Assembly (NCBI GenBank): GCA_021828295.1
Contig: JAKASF010000002.1
Span: 407 to 64,406, forward strand
Origin: Candidatus Micrarchaeota archaeon
GTDB lineage: Archaea > Micrarchaeota > Micrarchaeia > Micrarchaeales > CABMGC01
Length of the DNA stretch: 64,000 bases
Direction of reading: 5' to 3'
Shown here: piece after piece, positions 43,894 to 52,952 of the stretch
Layout: each line of letters begins with the position of its first letter
How positions within the stretch are numbered: position 1 is the stretch's first letter
Translations under genes and position numbers: made by a program
Notes under the pieces: model-generated
The model's input: only the letters and a program-made list of their open reading frames with translations
Told to the model about the DNA's origin: nothing
The model's database searches: none

Positions 43894-46557
43894 ATGATAG
43901 AGTACTACAAGAAGCCTTTCAGCAAAGAGGAGAGCCTTGGCGCTCTCAACTTCTACATACGCGACTGGTTCGAGAAGCGCTACAAGAACCCGACGCCGCC
44001 GCAGCTCTACTCCTTCAAGCTCATCCGCGAGAAACGCAACCTGCTCATAACAGCGCCGACTGGCAGCGGCAAGACCTTCTCCGCGTTCATGACCATACTG
44101 AGCGACCTGATGGACATGGCCGAGGCAGGCACGCTTGAGGACAAGATCTACTGCGTGTACATATCGCCGTTGCGCGCGCTCAACAACGACATATTCAGGA
44201 ACCTGAACGAACCCCTAGACGAGATATACAAGAAGCTCGGCGAGAGCGTCAAGCGCATAAGCGTGGCCATACGCACAGGAGACACGCCGCAATCAGAAAG
44301 GCAGAAGATGCTCAGGAACCCGCCGAACATACTGGTCACGACGCCGGAGAGCCTGGCCATACTGCTAAACGCGCAGAAGTTCTCAGAGAACCTGAAGAGC
44401 GTCAGGTATGTGGTGATAGACGAGATACACGAGCTCGCTAACAACAAGCGCGGCGTACATCTCTCGCTCTCGCTCGAGAGGCTCACGGACCTCGTCGGCT
44501 CGGATTTCACGCGCGTCGGGCTCGGGGCCACGCTCTTCCCTCTGGAGACCGCGGCCGGGTTCCTGGTGGGCTACGGGGACAGCGGCAAGGAGCGCGACTG
44601 CTACATCATAGACGCGACCTGGGACAAGAAGATGGACTACCAGACCATGTGCCCCGTTGGCGACATAGTCAACGCGAGCGACAAGAAGATAGACGAGTCG
44701 ATATACAAAACGCTCAACTCGATAATCAAGAGGAACAGGACAACGCTCATCTTCACAAACACGAGGAGCGGGACCGAGCGCGTTGTCTATAACCTAATGA
44801 GGCGTTTCAAGTACGGGGAGGAGCACGTGGCCGCGCACCACGGCTCGCTCTCGAGGGAGTCGAGGCTCGATGTCGAGGAGATGCTGAAGAAGGGCAAGCT
44901 CAAGTGCGTCGTGTCCTCAACGAGCCTGGAGCTCGGCATAGACATAGGAAGCATAGACGACGTGGTGCAGCTCGGCTCGCCGAAGAGCGTGACAAGGGCG
45001 ATACAGCGAATAGGCAGGAGCGGCCACAGGTTCTCGGACACGGCGAAGGGCGAGATAGTGGCGATAAACCGCGACGACCTTGTCGAGTGCGCTGTCATGC
45101 TCGACTCGGCAAAGAAGCGCAGGCTCGACTCGTTCACCATACCGAGGAACGCGCTCGACGTGCTGGCGCAGCACATAGTCGGCATGGCGCTGATGAAGAA
45201 ATGGAAGATAGACGACGCCTTCGCGCTGGTGCGAAGGGCGTACTCGTACCACTCGCTGGACAAGAAGGACTTCATGATGCTGATAGAGTACCTGTCGGGG
45301 AGCTACGTCGGCCTGGAGAGCAGGCGCGTCTACGCGAAGATCTGGTACGACGCGAACGAGGGCATGATAGGCAAGCGGGGCAGGCTGACAAAGCTGATCT
45401 ACTTCCTGAACATCGGCACCATACCCGACGAGGTCTCTGTGAACGTCTATGGGGAGCACAACAAGTGGATAGGGAGCATACAGGAAGAGTTCCTCTCGAG
45501 GCTCAAGCCCGGAGACATCTTCGTGCTCGGAGGGCGTCTCTACCGTTTCGACCACAGCAGGGAGATGAAGGCCTATGTGACCAGGGCCGACACGAAGATA
45601 CCCACCATACCTCCGTGGTTCTCAGAGACGCTGCCGCTCACGTACGAGCTCGCGCTCGAGATAGGAAGATTTAGGCACGAGCTAGCGGAGGCGATAGGCA
45701 AGGAGCTGCGCGGCGCGAAGGGCATAACTGCGCTGCTGAAGAAGCACAAGTTCACGGGCGGAAAGGCTGCCGAGGAGATGCTCGATGCCATGCCGATGGA
45801 CAAGAACACGAAGAGCTCGATAGCATCCTATTTCACAGAACAGCTGCTCTTCGCGAAGCACGTGCCAGATGACAGGCATCTGCTCATAGAGAAGACGACC
45901 GATGAGAGCGGCGAGAAGAGCTATCTGATCTTCCACAGCCTGTACGGCAGGCGAGTGAACGACGCTCTCTCCAGGCTCTTCGCGATAGAGGCGAGCGACA
46001 TGTTCGAGACGGATGTTGGCATGATGATAAACGACAACGGATTCGTCATAGTCACGGACGCGGCGCTGAAGATGCGCAGGGAGGACATCTCGCAACTCGT
46101 CTCCAATGTCGCGAGCAGCGACGCTGTACGCATCATAAGGGCGAACGTGAGGCGCACGGAGATGATGAAGCGAAGGTTCAGGCACGCGGCGGTGCGCGCC
46201 TTCATGGTCCTGAGGAACTACAAGGGCAGGCAGATAAGCGTGAAGAGGCAGCAGATAAACTCGGAGCTTGTGATGAAGGCGGCGGAGGAGATAAGCCCCG
46301 ACTTCCCGGTGCTGAAGGAGACCTACAGGGAGATAATGGAAGACGTCATGGACCTGCCGCGCGCGAGGGAGCTGCTGAAGAAGATAAAGGAGGGAGAGGT
46401 AGAGTACACGATAATAGAGACACAGTTCCCTTCGCCGTTCTCGCACGTGATGGTGACGTTCGGCGAGGCTGACGTGGTGATGATGAAGGACAGGCGCGCG
46501 CACCTGCGCGAGCTGCACAAGCACGTGATGCAGCAGATAGGCAAGAGGTACGGATGA
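43894..46557 (+). CDS. lhr: Lhr-like DEAD/DEAH-box ATP-dependent helicase
   Basis: Motif I is APTGSGKTF and motif II is DEIHEL. RIGRSGHR is present. The long C-terminal DEAD_assoc-type region brings the protein to 887 aa. Confidence 0.9.
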   Translation: MIEYYKKPFSKEESLGALNFYIRDWFEKRYKNPTPPQLYSFKLIREKRNLLITAPTGSGKTFSAFMTILSDLMDMAEAGTLEDKIYCVYISPLRALNNDIFRNLNEPLDEIYKKLGESVKRISVAIRTGDTPQSERQKMLRNPPNILVTTPESLAILLNAQKFSENLKSVRYVVIDEIHELANNKRGVHLSLSLERLTDLVGSDFTRVGLGATLFPLETAAGFLVGYGDSGKERDCYIIDATWDKKMDYQTMCPVGDIVNASDKKIDESIYKTLNSIIKRNRTTLIFTNTRSGTERVVYNLMRRFKYGEEHVAAHHGSLSRESRLDVEEMLKKGKLKCVVSSTSLELGIDIGSIDDVVQLGSPKSVTRAIQRIGRSGHRFSDTAKGEIVAINRDDLVECAVMLDSAKKRRLDSFTIPRNALDVLAQHIVGMALMKKWKIDDAFALVRRAYSYHSLDKKDFMMLIEYLSGSYVGLESRRVYAKIWYDANEGMIGKRGRLTKLIYFLNIGTIPDEVSVNVYGEHNKWIGSIQEEFLSRLKPGDIFVLGGRLYRFDHSREMKAYVTRADTKIPTIPPWFSETLPLTYELALEIGRFRHELAEAIGKELRGAKGITALLKKHKFTGGKAAEEMLDAMPMDKNTKSSIASYFTEQLLFAKHVPDDRHLLIEKTTDESGEKSYLIFHSLYGRRVNDALSRLFAIEASDMFETDVGMMINDNGFVIVTDAALKMRREDISQLVSNVASSDAVRIIRANVRRTEMMKRRFRHAAVRAFMVLRNYKGRQISVKRQQINSELVMKAAEEISPDFPVLKETYREIMEDVMDLPRARELLKKIKEGEVEYTIIETQFPSPFSHVMVTFGEADVVMMKDRRAHLRELHKHVMQQIGKRYG

Positions 46558-47303
46558 TGAAGCTCACGGATGACATCGAACTGGGGGACGGGCTGCCGCT
46601 CATGTACATACGATCCCTTGACTCGATAGTCTGTTCTGACCTCCACCTCGGCTACGAGGGGGTGATGGCGAGCAGGGGCAGCTTCGTGCCCAAGCTCAAC
46701 TTCAGGAGGATAAGGGAGACTATGGCTAAGGCGGTCAAGGCGTTCGGGGCCAAGAACGTGATAGTCGTCGGGGACATAAAGAACGAGTTTGCGGACGTGC
46801 ACGTGGAGGAGTTCAACGAGTTCCGCGAGTTCATCAAGCTCCTCAGGCAGGAGCTGCGCATACAGCGGATAATACTGATCAAGGGGAACCACGACAACTT
46901 CATCGACAGGTTCAGGCAGGCGCTCGATTTCGAGATACACGCGCAGGAGGCCCCGCTCGGTGATTATCTCTTCTTCCACGGAGAAGAACTGCCAAAGAGC
47001 AAGGAAGGGAAGACTCTTGTGATGGGGCACCTGCATCCGGCTATAGGAGTGTACAACAAGGTGGGCGTGAAGGAGAAGATTAGGTGCTTCCTCTACGGCA
47101 AGCTCCCTGATGGGAGGAAGATAATAATACTGCCTGCGATGAACTACTTCGCTGAGGGAGTGGACGTGAACCAAGAAAGAGTCGGGGGCATGGCCCCTAT
47201 CTTTGAGAGAATGCTCGACATCGATGGAATGCGGGCCCTCTGTCTGGGAGAGGGCGAGATACTCGATTTTGGGAAGGTGGGCGAACTCCGGAAACTGCGA
47301 TGA
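46554..47303 (+). CDS. metallophosphoesterase partner of Lhr
   Basis: CSDLHLGYE, VVGDIKNEF, GNHDN and GHLHP give the calcineurin-like phosphoesterase motifs. Its ATG overlaps the lhr stop (ATGA). Confidence 0.8.
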   Translation: MMKLTDDIELGDGLPLMYIRSLDSIVCSDLHLGYEGVMASRGSFVPKLNFRRIRETMAKAVKAFGAKNVIVVGDIKNEFADVHVEEFNEFREFIKLLRQELRIQRIILIKGNHDNFIDRFRQALDFEIHAQEAPLGDYLFFHGEELPKSKEGKTLVMGHLHPAIGVYNKVGVKEKIRCFLYGKLPDGRKIIILPAMNYFAEGVDVNQERVGGMAPIFERMLDIDGMRALCLGEGEILDFGKVGELRKLR

Positions 47304-47307
47304 GCCA

Positions 47308-48183
47308 ATGTCTTACCTGGCTGTGTTAGTAGGGCTCGCCGCGGCCTTCCTGTGGGGCACATCGGACTACCTTGCGGGCCTGGCATCTCGTTCGGTGGGA
47401 GAGTACTCGACAAACGCGTACGTCTTCCTCTTCGGGGGGATAACGATATTCATTGCGCTAATGTTCTTTGGCTCTTCCGCGCATCCGGACCTGGGCGCGC
47501 TCATCTTCGGCGCCGCTTTCTCCGTGCCGATATTCTTCGGTTCGCTGTTCTATTACAGAGCCTTCAGGATAGGTGATTTCGCCATAAACGCACCCATCTC
47601 AAGCTCGTATCCTGTTGTGATAGTCCTCGGCTCTGTCTTCCTGCTGGGTCAGGCGCTCTCGTGGACCGAGATCTTGGGGCTTACAGTCACCATCCTTGGG
47701 ATAGTCTTGATATCGACCAAGTTCAGCATGCTGAAAGCAAGGAAACGTGCGCTTGCGGCGGGCGTGGGCAGCTCTGTACTGGCGATGATACTGCTAGGAG
47801 TTCCAAGCATCTTCGCCGCGGTATACGCTGCCGTAATAGGCTTCCTGCTCCTCAGCCTGATGTGGCGCACGCTGCCCGCGTTGATCGCCTTCGTTGGCGG
47901 ATACGCAGCAAAACAGGATCTCCGCATGCCGAAACGGCGCACTCTTCTGCTCATAATAGTGGCCGGCCTATTCGATGGCCTGGCCCTCTCCGTCTACCTC
48001 TTTGGTATATACGCCAACGCACTCGCACTCCCGATAATTTCAGTCCTCTCTGGGCTGACGGGGGCCGTCACAGTCGCGTACGGCCTGATGATTTCCAAGG
48101 AGCGACCAGAATGGAACCAGTGGCTTGGAATTGCCATGGCAATAGCGGGAGCGGCAACATTATCATACATTTCTGCATTATGA
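47308..48183 (+). CDS. EamA/DMT-family transporter
   Basis: This is a 10-TM 291-aa protein from ATG 47308 (MSYLAVLVGLAAAFLWGTSDY). The upstream part of the track ORF overlaps the previous gene. Confidence 0.7.
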   Translation: MSYLAVLVGLAAAFLWGTSDYLAGLASRSVGEYSTNAYVFLFGGITIFIALMFFGSSAHPDLGALIFGAAFSVPIFFGSLFYYRAFRIGDFAINAPISSSYPVVIVLGSVFLLGQALSWTEILGLTVTILGIVLISTKFSMLKARKRALAAGVGSSVLAMILLGVPSIFAAVYAAVIGFLLLSLMWRTLPALIAFVGGYAAKQDLRMPKRRTLLLIIVAGLFDGLALSVYLFGIYANALALPIISVLSGLTGAVTVAYGLMISKERPEWNQWLGIAMAIAGAATLSYISAL

Positions 48184-48187
48184 TAGC

Positions 48188-48619
48188 ATGACCCTATATG
48201 TCTACACTGACGGCGCCTCGCGCGGCAACCCGGGAGAGAGCGCCTCGGGCTACCTGATCCTTGATTACAGGGACAGGCAGCTGGCGAAGCGCGTCTTCTA
48301 CAACGGCACATGCACGAACAACGTTGCTGAGTACAAGGCCATTGTGGCTGCGCTGAAGAAGGCGGTCTCGATAAGGCACGAGGGCGAGCAGCTCGTCCTG
48401 CACTCTGACAGCGAGCTGGTTGTGAACCAGCTGTCCGGCAGATACAGGGTCAAGGATGCAGGCCTCAGGAAGCTAAACCTCGAGGCGAAGAGGCTCCTGA
48501 AGCGCTTCGGAAGCTATGAGCTCCTCGCTGTGAGAAGGGAGAACAGGCACGTAAGCGCCGTTGACAAGGAGCTGAACCTGTTTTTAGACAAAAACAAACT
48601 AGAAGAAATGCATAAATAG
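48188..48619 (+). CDS. rnhA: ribonuclease HI
   Basis: YTDGASRGNPG, NNVAEYKA and SDSELVV give the DEDD catalytic residues. The protein is 143 aa. Confidence 0.85.
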   Translation: MTLYVYTDGASRGNPGESASGYLILDYRDRQLAKRVFYNGTCTNNVAEYKAIVAALKKAVSIRHEGEQLVLHSDSELVVNQLSGRYRVKDAGLRKLNLEAKRLLKRFGSYELLAVRRENRHVSAVDKELNLFLDKNKLEEMHK

Positions 48620-48649
48620 TGAGAAAAACCACCCTGACTTGGTATAGAT

Positions 48650-49120
48650 ATGTCGACCATGATACGCGATGCGGCCAAAATCAACCTGACTACTGGAGAG
48701 AAGTTTGGAATAAAACTTGGAGGAAAAGTGCTTGAGTTGCCAATAAAACTGCAAGACGAGCGGCAGGTCGACCTTCTTTTGAAACAGTTAAGGGGGTTGG
48801 GATATGAGGTCGAAACAAATCCGGGTTGGGTCAGCCCTAATCCTGCTTATAGCCACCCCGCCAGAATTACAGCCAGCAAGAAAGAGCACTGGTATTCGTC
48901 CACGCACAGAGTAATCATAGGCAAGGGAAACAGCATGCATATAGAAGCATATTATGGAGACTCCGCAGAACTTTCTATGATAGATACAATCTTGAGGCAC
49001 ACGATACTGGGAGATGGGATTGTAGAATATTGGATGAAAACCTACGGGGATAGCAAAGAAGGAGCCCAAAAAAGACGTGATGATCTCACGCCTCTCGCAA
49101 GAGAAGGATCCCTGAAATAA
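48650..49120 (+). CDS. hypothetical protein (156 aa), AT-rich orphan
   Basis: This is a clean ORF. A TATA-like cataaata lies about 35 nt upstream, inside the rnhA 3' end. Confidence 0.5.
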   Translation: MSTMIRDAAKINLTTGEKFGIKLGGKVLELPIKLQDERQVDLLLKQLRGLGYEVETNPGWVSPNPAYSHPARITASKKEHWYSSTHRVIIGKGNSMHIEAYYGDSAELSMIDTILRHTILGDGIVEYWMKTYGDSKEGAQKRRDDLTPLAREGSLK

Positions 49121-49255
49121 CGTTAACTTAAAGCTGCAGAGCCCGGAAGCTGTGAACTGCAAGCTCAACTATTTTCTTGACGACAAAGCAAACGGCTAAG
49201 ATAAAGTATAAATATAGTGAAAGACAACGGTAAGTGTCAAATCAGGGTCTGATTC

Positions 49256-50743
49256 ATGGCAGCGGGAAAAGGCAAAAACGATTCAAAGCCCCAGACGAAC
49301 ATGCCGCCTCCGGAGGCGAAGGAGCTCTACGACCAGGCTGGCAAGCTCTTCGAGGAGAACAAGTTCGACGAGGCGATAGAGCTCTATTCGCAGGCAATCG
49401 AAAAGTACCCAGAGTACTCAAGCGCCTACTTCAACCGCGCCCTCTCGTATGCACTCAAGAGCGAGTACGAGAAGGGCATAAACGATGCCATGAGGGTGAT
49501 GGAGCTCGAGCCGAACGCGGCCGACGCCCCATACGTAATGGGGGTGATAAGCGAGTACCAGAACGACCTCGCCGGGGCGCAGGAGTGGTACGAGAAGTCG
49601 CTCAAGAGCAACCCGAACTATCAGCAGGCGAAGGACAGGCTGAAGATGCTCAAGGACAAGATGAAGGGGGCGATGGCCGGGGGGAAGATGAAGACGGCCG
49701 CTGGCGCGGAGGGCACCGAAACGGTGGTCGAGGAGGGGCAGATAAAGAAGGTAGCGTGGTTCACCTCGGACATGACTTTCAAGGACGTCGTGGGAATGGA
49801 GAAGCAGAAGCAGATAATACACGACAATATAGTGCTTGCAATCACGAAGCCGGAGCTGCTCAGGGCGTACGGAAAGAAACTGGGCTTGGGCGTGATCTTC
49901 TATGGCCCGCCTGGCGGCGGCAAGACCTACCTGGTCAGGGCGATAGCCGGGGAGACCAAGGCCAAGTTCATAATCATGCACATAAACGAGATAGTCGACA
50001 TGTACGCTGGCAACACGGAGAAGAACCTCCACGCCATCTTCGAGCAGGCGAGGAAGAACGCGCCGTGCATCGTCTTCGCGGACGAGATAGACGCGCTCGG
50101 CACGAAGCGTGAGGGCGAGCAGCAGGGCAACATGCGCATGGCAGTGAACCAGTTCCTGCAGGAGCTCGACGGGGTGGAGAAGAACCCAGAGGGCATATTC
50201 ATCATAGGCGCGACGAACCAGCCGTGGGACATGGACCCTGCGCTGAAGCGTCCTGGAAGGTTCGGCGAATCAGTGTACATACCAGCACCCAAGTACAAGG
50301 AGAGGCGGGAGGCGTTCAAGTACAACACAAGGAGCATGCCGCTTTCGAAGTTTGTAGGCTTCGGCAGGCTTGCGAGGGCCACGTGGGGCTTCTCGATGGC
50401 GGACGTGTTCGCAATCTGCGACAAGGCGGCGCTCAAGGTTGCAGCCGAGGAGGACAGGACCGGGAAGAAGAGGATGATAGGCATTGGCGACTTCATCGCC
50501 ATAATCAAGAGCCAGGGCAGCTCGCTCGATGAATGGTACGGGATGGTGAAGAAGGACGTGATAAGCAAGACGGAGACGCAGATAGTGGAGGGCAAGAAGC
50601 AGGAGATAGTGAAGGAGGGCAGGCTGAGCCCCGAGGAGAAGGTGCGCTACAAACCCATGATAAAGGACATAAAGAAGAACCTCAACCCTGTCAACATCTT
50701 CGTAAAGAAGGTGATGAGGTTCTGGGCCATCTACCTGTTCTGA
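49256..50743 (+). CDS. TPR-repeat plus single AAA+ ATPase domain protein
   Basis: N-terminal TPRs are present (AIELYSQAIEKYPEYSSAYFNRA...). Walker A is GPPGGGKTYL and Walker B is IVFADEIDAL. The second region of homology is present. Confidence 0.8.
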   Translation: MAAGKGKNDSKPQTNMPPPEAKELYDQAGKLFEENKFDEAIELYSQAIEKYPEYSSAYFNRALSYALKSEYEKGINDAMRVMELEPNAADAPYVMGVISEYQNDLAGAQEWYEKSLKSNPNYQQAKDRLKMLKDKMKGAMAGGKMKTAAGAEGTETVVEEGQIKKVAWFTSDMTFKDVVGMEKQKQIIHDNIVLAITKPELLRAYGKKLGLGVIFYGPPGGGKTYLVRAIAGETKAKFIIMHINEIVDMYAGNTEKNLHAIFEQARKNAPCIVFADEIDALGTKREGEQQGNMRMAVNQFLQELDGVEKNPEGIFIIGATNQPWDMDPALKRPGRFGESVYIPAPKYKERREAFKYNTRSMPLSKFVGFGRLARATWGFSMADVFAICDKAALKVAAEEDRTGKKRMIGIGDFIAIIKSQGSSLDEWYGMVKKDVISKTETQIVEGKKQEIVKEGRLSPEEKVRYKPMIKDIKKNLNPVNIFVKKVMRFWAIYLF

Positions 50744-50798
50744 CCCTGAAACGGGCGCGCGCAGGAAGATTTAAGATGTTTGTAACCTAGCAATACGC

Positions 50799-52262
50799 AT
50801 GGGAAAATCGACGCTGATTGGAGCGGCGGTGGCCGCGGTCATCGTGATAGGCGTAATCTTATACGCTGCGGTAGGCAACGGCGGAAAAGGAACAGGGACA
50901 CCGAACGCCATCGGAGCGCTTAACGCCACTACATCGGCAGCGCCGCAGAACCAGACAAGCGGCCAGAAATCTGAACCGGCGGCGTGCGCGAGTCAGAATC
51001 TTACTCCAGAACAGTGCACCAGCTACTGCAACAGCAACCCCGCGGCATGCGAGAGCAACGGTTCGGGAGGACAGAGTGTGCAAGGGAACAGCACGGGCAA
51101 CTACACAGTAGGGCAGCCCAAAAACAGTACAGGAGGCCTGCGCGACTACTCGCTCCCTGCATGCGGCTCCAGCAAGACCTACTTCAGCACGACGCCGATA
51201 AGCGAGAACAACTTCACCGCCTTCGCCCCTCTTGGCTGGATGAGCCCCGGAGGCCACGTGATACCGGTCAATCACGGCGCCTTCTATCTCAGGGTGGCGT
51301 CGCAGCAGTCCCAGGACAACTTCACCACTGCGAACGTCTCCGTGCTATCGCCCGGCAATGTGACCGTATTCGAGATAGTGGGGCAGCAGTACCTCGGCTC
51401 CGGGCAGCCTAGCGACTATGCGATCTACTTCTCGCCCTGCGCGAACGTGACCTTCTACTTCGGGCACGTGCAGGTGCTGGCACCCGAGCTCGCAAACAAC
51501 TATACGGCTCCATTCGCGAACTGCATGAACACCACGGCAAATACGGCGCAGTTGCGCGTATGCCAGAAGCAGATGAGCGTCAAGCTACACACCGGAGAGC
51601 TAATAGGCTATATAGGAGGACACCCGACGGGCGGGGGAGGGGGCGTGGCTGCCATGGACCTGGGCGTGTACGACTACTTGAACCCTGCCCTGGGCTTCGC
51701 CAACCAGTCAAGATATGATATAGACGAGCTCCACGCCGCATGCCCTATCGACTACTTCACGGCATCGGCCCAGAGCTACCTGTACGCCCACATCGGAATT
51801 GCAAACATATCGGGAACGGCGCAGCCGGCCTGCGGCACCAACATGCGCGACATCGCCGGCTCGGCGCAGGGCAACTGGTTCTCCAAGGGAACGCCGGTGC
51901 CATACATAAACGAGGGCCTGCTGATGTCGCTTTCGCCTTTCGTGCTCTCGCCAAATCTCGACGTGTTCTCGGTAGGAAGCACTGCGGGAGTGCCGGGCCT
52001 GGCCGGAGTAACCTATTACTTCACCCCCGCGGGCTCCGGAAATGTCAACACCGCATTCTCAGGGGTTGCTGCCAACGGACAGATCCACTGCTACAGCGCG
52101 CTGAACGACAGCTACGACGTCAGCCAGTATAGCCAGGTTTCTGGAAGGATACTACTGCAGCTCGTAAACTCAAGCGCCGTGCGCATAGAGTACCAGAATA
52201 CGAATGGCTGCGGCTCCGGACCTTGGAGTTTCACCCAAAACAGCGCAGAGCTGTATAGGTAG
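50799..52262 (+). CDS. secreted protein with N-terminal signal anchor and many N-glycosylation sequons
   Basis: MGKSTLIGAAVAAVIVIGVILYAAV forms the anchor. It is followed by a Cys- and N-x-S/T-rich 460-aa ectodomain. Confidence 0.55.
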   Translation: MGKSTLIGAAVAAVIVIGVILYAAVGNGGKGTGTPNAIGALNATTSAAPQNQTSGQKSEPAACASQNLTPEQCTSYCNSNPAACESNGSGGQSVQGNSTGNYTVGQPKNSTGGLRDYSLPACGSSKTYFSTTPISENNFTAFAPLGWMSPGGHVIPVNHGAFYLRVASQQSQDNFTTANVSVLSPGNVTVFEIVGQQYLGSGQPSDYAIYFSPCANVTFYFGHVQVLAPELANNYTAPFANCMNTTANTAQLRVCQKQMSVKLHTGELIGYIGGHPTGGGGGVAAMDLGVYDYLNPALGFANQSRYDIDELHAACPIDYFTASAQSYLYAHIGIANISGTAQPACGTNMRDIAGSAQGNWFSKGTPVPYINEGLLMSLSPFVLSPNLDVFSVGSTAGVPGLAGVTYYFTPAGSGNVNTAFSGVAANGQIHCYSALNDSYDVSQYSQVSGRILLQLVNSSAVRIEYQNTNGCGSGPWSFTQNSAELYR

Positions 52263-52273
52263 ATAGTACAGAA

Positions 52274-52345
52274 GGCCTCGGCCGGGAGTCGGACCCGGTC
52301 CTGAGGATCCACAGTCCTACATGCGGCCGTTACACCACCGAGGCC
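52274..52345 (-). tRNA. tRNA-His (anticodon GTG) with genome-encoded G-1
   Basis: Hand-folded as G(-1)-GCCTCGG-TG-GTGT-AACGGCC-GCAT-G-TAGGA-CTGTGGA-TCCTC-AGGA-CCGGG-TCCGACT-CCCGG-CCGAGGC-C. G-1 can pair with discriminator C73. Confidence 0.85.
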
Positions 52346-52370
52346 ATGCGCCTTTATAGGCAAAACTTAG

Positions 52371-52380
52371 TATTTATAGA
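52371..52380. promoter_or_regulatory. single near-palindromic TATA element (tatttataga) shared by the divergent tRNA-His and tRNA-Met genes
   Basis: Its centre is about 26 nt from the tRNA-Met 5' end (52402) and about 30 nt from the tRNA-His 5' end (52345). Confidence 0.4.
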
Positions 52381-52401
52381 TACTTATCGTATACAGTGCA
52401 T

Positions 52402-52523
52402 GGCGGGGTAGCTCAGCCTGGTTAGAGCGCTAGACTCATATGCTAAGCACTATGAGTGGCGAGCAGTTTTGCGATGAGCGCTAAGAAATCTAGAGGTCGA
52501 GGGTTCAAATCACTCCCCCGCCA
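52402..52523 (+). tRNA. tRNA with anticodon CAT (elongator Met or Ile2) carrying a ~47-nt intron at the canonical 37/38 position
   Basis: Exons fold as GGCGGGG-TA-GCTC-AGCCTGGTTA-GAGC-G-CTAGA-CTCATA|intron 52441-52487|A-TCTAG-AGGTC-GAGGG-TTCAAAT-CACTC-CCCCGCC-A. There is one G-A mismatch in the T stem. Confidence 0.85.
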
Positions 52524-52565
52524 AACACCTTTTTAAGATGCAGCTCTCAGTAGGGGCGTGAGAGA

Positions 52566-52820
52566 ATGGCGAAATCCACAATGATAAAGAAGATGGCGCT
52601 GGCGGCAGGAACCCTATGGGGACTGGGAGTCTTCGGACTCGGAATAATCTCGACAGCTACGGGAGGCACGTACGGGGCGCAGTTCATCAGCACGTTCGGC
52701 TCAGTATACCTGGGCTACGCACCGACGCTTCTGGGCTCGGTGATCGGAGGCATACTCGCGTTCATCGACGGTGCGATCGCTGGAGCGATCTTCGGATGGG
52801 TATACACCAGGGTCAAGTGA
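52566..52820 (+). CDS. small Gly-rich membrane protein (84 aa, 3 TM)
   Basis: MAKSTMIKKMALAAGTLWGLGVFGLGII...GGILAFIDGAIAGAIFGWVY shows glycine-zipper-like helices. Confidence 0.5.
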   Translation: MAKSTMIKKMALAAGTLWGLGVFGLGIISTATGGTYGAQFISTFGSVYLGYAPTLLGSVIGGILAFIDGAIAGAIFGWVYTRVK

Positions 52821-52862
52821 GCAGAAGCGTTAAATATCTGCTCGGACATAACGGCATTAGCT

Positions 52863-52946
52863 CGCCGGGTGTGGGAATCAAACCCACCAAGGTGGTTGGC
52901 CAATCGTTTTTCAGACGACACCGCTTTCATAGCGGTTTAACCCGGC
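52863..52946 (-). ncRNA. aberrant tRNA-like gene with Phe-type (GAA) anticodon arm
   Basis: The acceptor is GCCGGGT/ACCCGGC. The anticodon arm is GTCGT-CTGAAAA-ACGAT. The T arm is GTGGG-TTTGATT-CCCAC. The D region is a non-canonical CCGC-TATGAAA-GCGG hairpin. Fifteen nt lie between the anticodon and T stems. See findings. Confidence 0.45.
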
Positions 52947-52952
52947 TTTGAG

